A stretch of DNA of 64,000 bases from Squalus acanthias (taxonomy: Eukaryota). The notes below the pieces were generated by a model that was given only the letters and a program-made list of their open reading frames with translations, searched no databases and was not told the DNA's origin. How positions within the stretch are numbered: the first letter of the stretch is position 1; each line of letters begins with the position of its first letter. This document shows, in pieces, positions 61,801 through 64,000 of the stretch. The stretch is taken from positions 34,598,001 through 34,662,000 of the forward strand of contig CM059432.1 in NCBI GenBank assembly GCA_030390025.1. Direction: 5' to 3'. Position numbers and translations under genes: made by a program.

Positions 61801-62645
61801 TAGGGCAGGCATGTCAGCTTTGGGATGTCCTGATGTCATGAAAGACACTAAATAAATGCAAGTTCTTTCTTTCTATTGGTGAAATCAAGCCCGGAGGTGA
61901 GAAGACTGAAGATATGGGTTTTGGCAGTGATATGGGTGATGTGCAGTGGGGAGTGAACGGTCTACATACATATTGGGAGTTTGATATAGCCATATGTTGC
62001 TTCTCATTGATCGGAGGCACCATGGGTTTAAATTGTAATCCCAAGAACGTGCAATGCCATTCCATCAGCAAAATGCTCATTCCAACAGTGTTTAACGCTG
62101 TCAGATTTCAGGTAATTTGCATACTGTTACCGGGCGCCCATGTGCTGCTGGTAGGGCAGGGGCAGAGCCCCTTTATGAGAAAACTGATTCCCAACCTTGA
62201 CTCTTGTCTTTCACAGGGGCTTTTTTTTGTTGTTGAGTGTTTCAGGCCATTGCTACTACTTTGTATAGCTAATGTAGATGTAGTTGTAGATGTACAAGCC
62301 ATTGTACTGGCCTGAGCAGCTCTTGTGGGCCCCTTCTGAGTTACTGAGATGCATCTCACAGTAGGAGGAACCAGAGGCAGGAGTAGCTATCCCACCAGTA
62401 CTGCCTCCGCTTCTGACTTCAGCCTGTGAGGGGGAGCGGCACAATAGCTGTGTACCCGACCTCCCCACAGGAAATCCCAGCGATAGGTTTAATGGGGCAG
62501 AGACCTGGCATAACCAGGCCCCGCCTCAAGACTCCTCCCGCCTTGATGATTTGGGGCTTGTTTGAGTTGCTGCTTGAGAGCTGTACTTGTCCTTGTTATA
62601 TATTTCCCAACCTCTTGCTGTTCCCAGCTTCTGGTTTGGCCCTAC

Positions 62646-62816
62646 CTTTCTGCTGGTGTAGTGGGCGTGTTTGCCCAGCTTGGAGTTCATGGTGTCCACC
62701 AGTATAGTGTCTGTCACCTTCCCGACGTTCATACAGGCTTCATCCAGGATAGCGATGATTCCTTTGTGTGGCTGTTCGACCAGATCCACGATGATTTGAT
62801 TGTTGAAGTAGTCAAT
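62646..62816 (-). CDS. MYO1G: Myosin I exon, motor: [57 protein letters not shown]
   Basis: 171 bp, phase 0/0, acceptor ttgcccag, donor AAG/gtagg. Confidence 0.95.
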
Positions 62817-62959
62817 CTGGGCAATGAAAAGGCAGAAAGGAAAGAAGCTTTCAGTAGTCAGACATGAACCGCTCCGTCTTTGGGACACTTGTGTAATGCT
62901 AATCCATGGAGCTAAGCCGGACATAGTAGAAGGGAGGAAGTGCAGTGGAAAGTCTTTGG

Positions 62960-63375
62960 GAGATTATTAGAGAAGATTAAGGAGTATGGAATTATGGGGC
63001 GGTTAGAAAATTGGATTAGAAATTGGTTAGAAGGGAGAAAACAAAAGTAGAAGTTAAGGGCAGTTTTTCCAGAGTAGCTCAAAATGGGTAATGGTGTTCA
63101 CAGGGATCAGTACTGGGACTACTTCTGTACACTCTGTATGTCAATGATTTGGATATAAGCCTAAAGGGGGGGTGTTGAAATTTGGAGATGATACCAAAAT
63201 AGGAGGTATATTTAATTCTTTAGAACACCAAAAGAAACTGCTAAGGGAAATTAATAAGATGGGAGGATGGGCTAAAATGTGGCAGATGGAATTCAATATT
63301 AGTAAGTGTGAGGGTAAATACCGACACGGACTGATTGGGCCAAAATGGCATGTTTTCACTTTGTAATTTCTATGT
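62960..63375 (+). mobile_element. Old CR1 RT fragment
   Basis: KFGDDTKIGG, WQMEFNISKC. Confidence 0.75.
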
Positions 63376-64000
63376 ATAAGCTTGGTTCACCCATATGCAG
63401 GCAGGATTCCAGAGAGCCATTGATGATTAACTGACCAGTGTTGCTCATTGACGTGTCTTGGATGAATAGGCATGCCAATGGGGAGCTGGGAGTCTTCCCA
63501 CTGGGCTCCGGGTTACCCAAAGTAGCCTAGTCCTGTTCAACAAGCAGCAAGAAGCTTACCAGTGCTCGGTGTGGGTAATTTGCATGCATTTTCAGCTGGT
63601 TCATCTCCAGCTGTACCGCATGTGCACATTTGGGGGTGCCTCATGTTTTGGCTTTTGCCAATCCGTGCTAGTCTGTCTGGACTCAGCTAAGTGTGTTGTG
63701 CACATAAGCGGGGAAAGAGTGTGCACTCCATATCGAGCAAACAAATACTCGCAGTGTAGATTATCTCAGCAGTTTGGTCAGGGACTGTTGAAAGTTGTTG
63801 ATGGATTTCAGTGTGTCAGACAACCAGCTGATCAAAAACAAAAACTGTGAACGATGAGGGCATCTATACCTAATCTGGTCACTCAAAAATGTTTCAAATT
63901 GCATCCTTTTTGAAACAATTTATGGACTCTCCTTCCACAACGGTTTGAGGCAGAGAATCCCACATTCCCGCACACCTAGAGAGTTTCTACCCACCTCTTT

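Larger units (their letters stand above)
17882..62816 (-). other. MYO1G: Partial gene span: class I myosin (MYO1G-like), 11 internal coding exons; 5' part and terminal exon outside the window or not found
   Basis: Exons splice in frame with GT-AG ends into motor ([35 protein letters not shown]), IQ and TH1 sequence. YKMTCEYTWPNHL and WRARQIVKNIPPSDMPQIKAK match my recollection of MYO1G rather than MYO1D. Confidence 0.8.

Overview
Eukaryotic genomic DNA, very probably from a shark or other cartilaginous fish (inferred from the Deu-domain tRNA SINEs and the CR1/L2 families present). The window holds 11 consecutive internal coding exons of an unconventional class I myosin on the minus strand (62816 down to 17882; 1568 nt, 522 codons + 2 nt). 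All splice sites are GT-AG and the phases are consistent. The exons cover the second half of the motor, the IQ neck and most of the TH1 tail. The best call is MYO1G, with MYO1D as the alternative paralogue; the 5' exons and the terminal exon were not found here. The introns are packed with CR1, L2 and RTE LINE fragments, two SINE families, a decayed Gypsy LTR element, MITEs with 3-bp TSDs and several tandem repeats. The most interesting signal is six minimal type I hammerhead-ribozyme motifs in two sequence families with covarying stems. One family belongs to a Penelope-like element (GIY-YIG ORF with inverted pLTRs). The other moves as 100-140 bp ORF-less inserts with their own target-site duplications. 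TE boundaries are approximate unless a TSD or TIR is quoted. Family assignments rest on motif recognition, not database searches.
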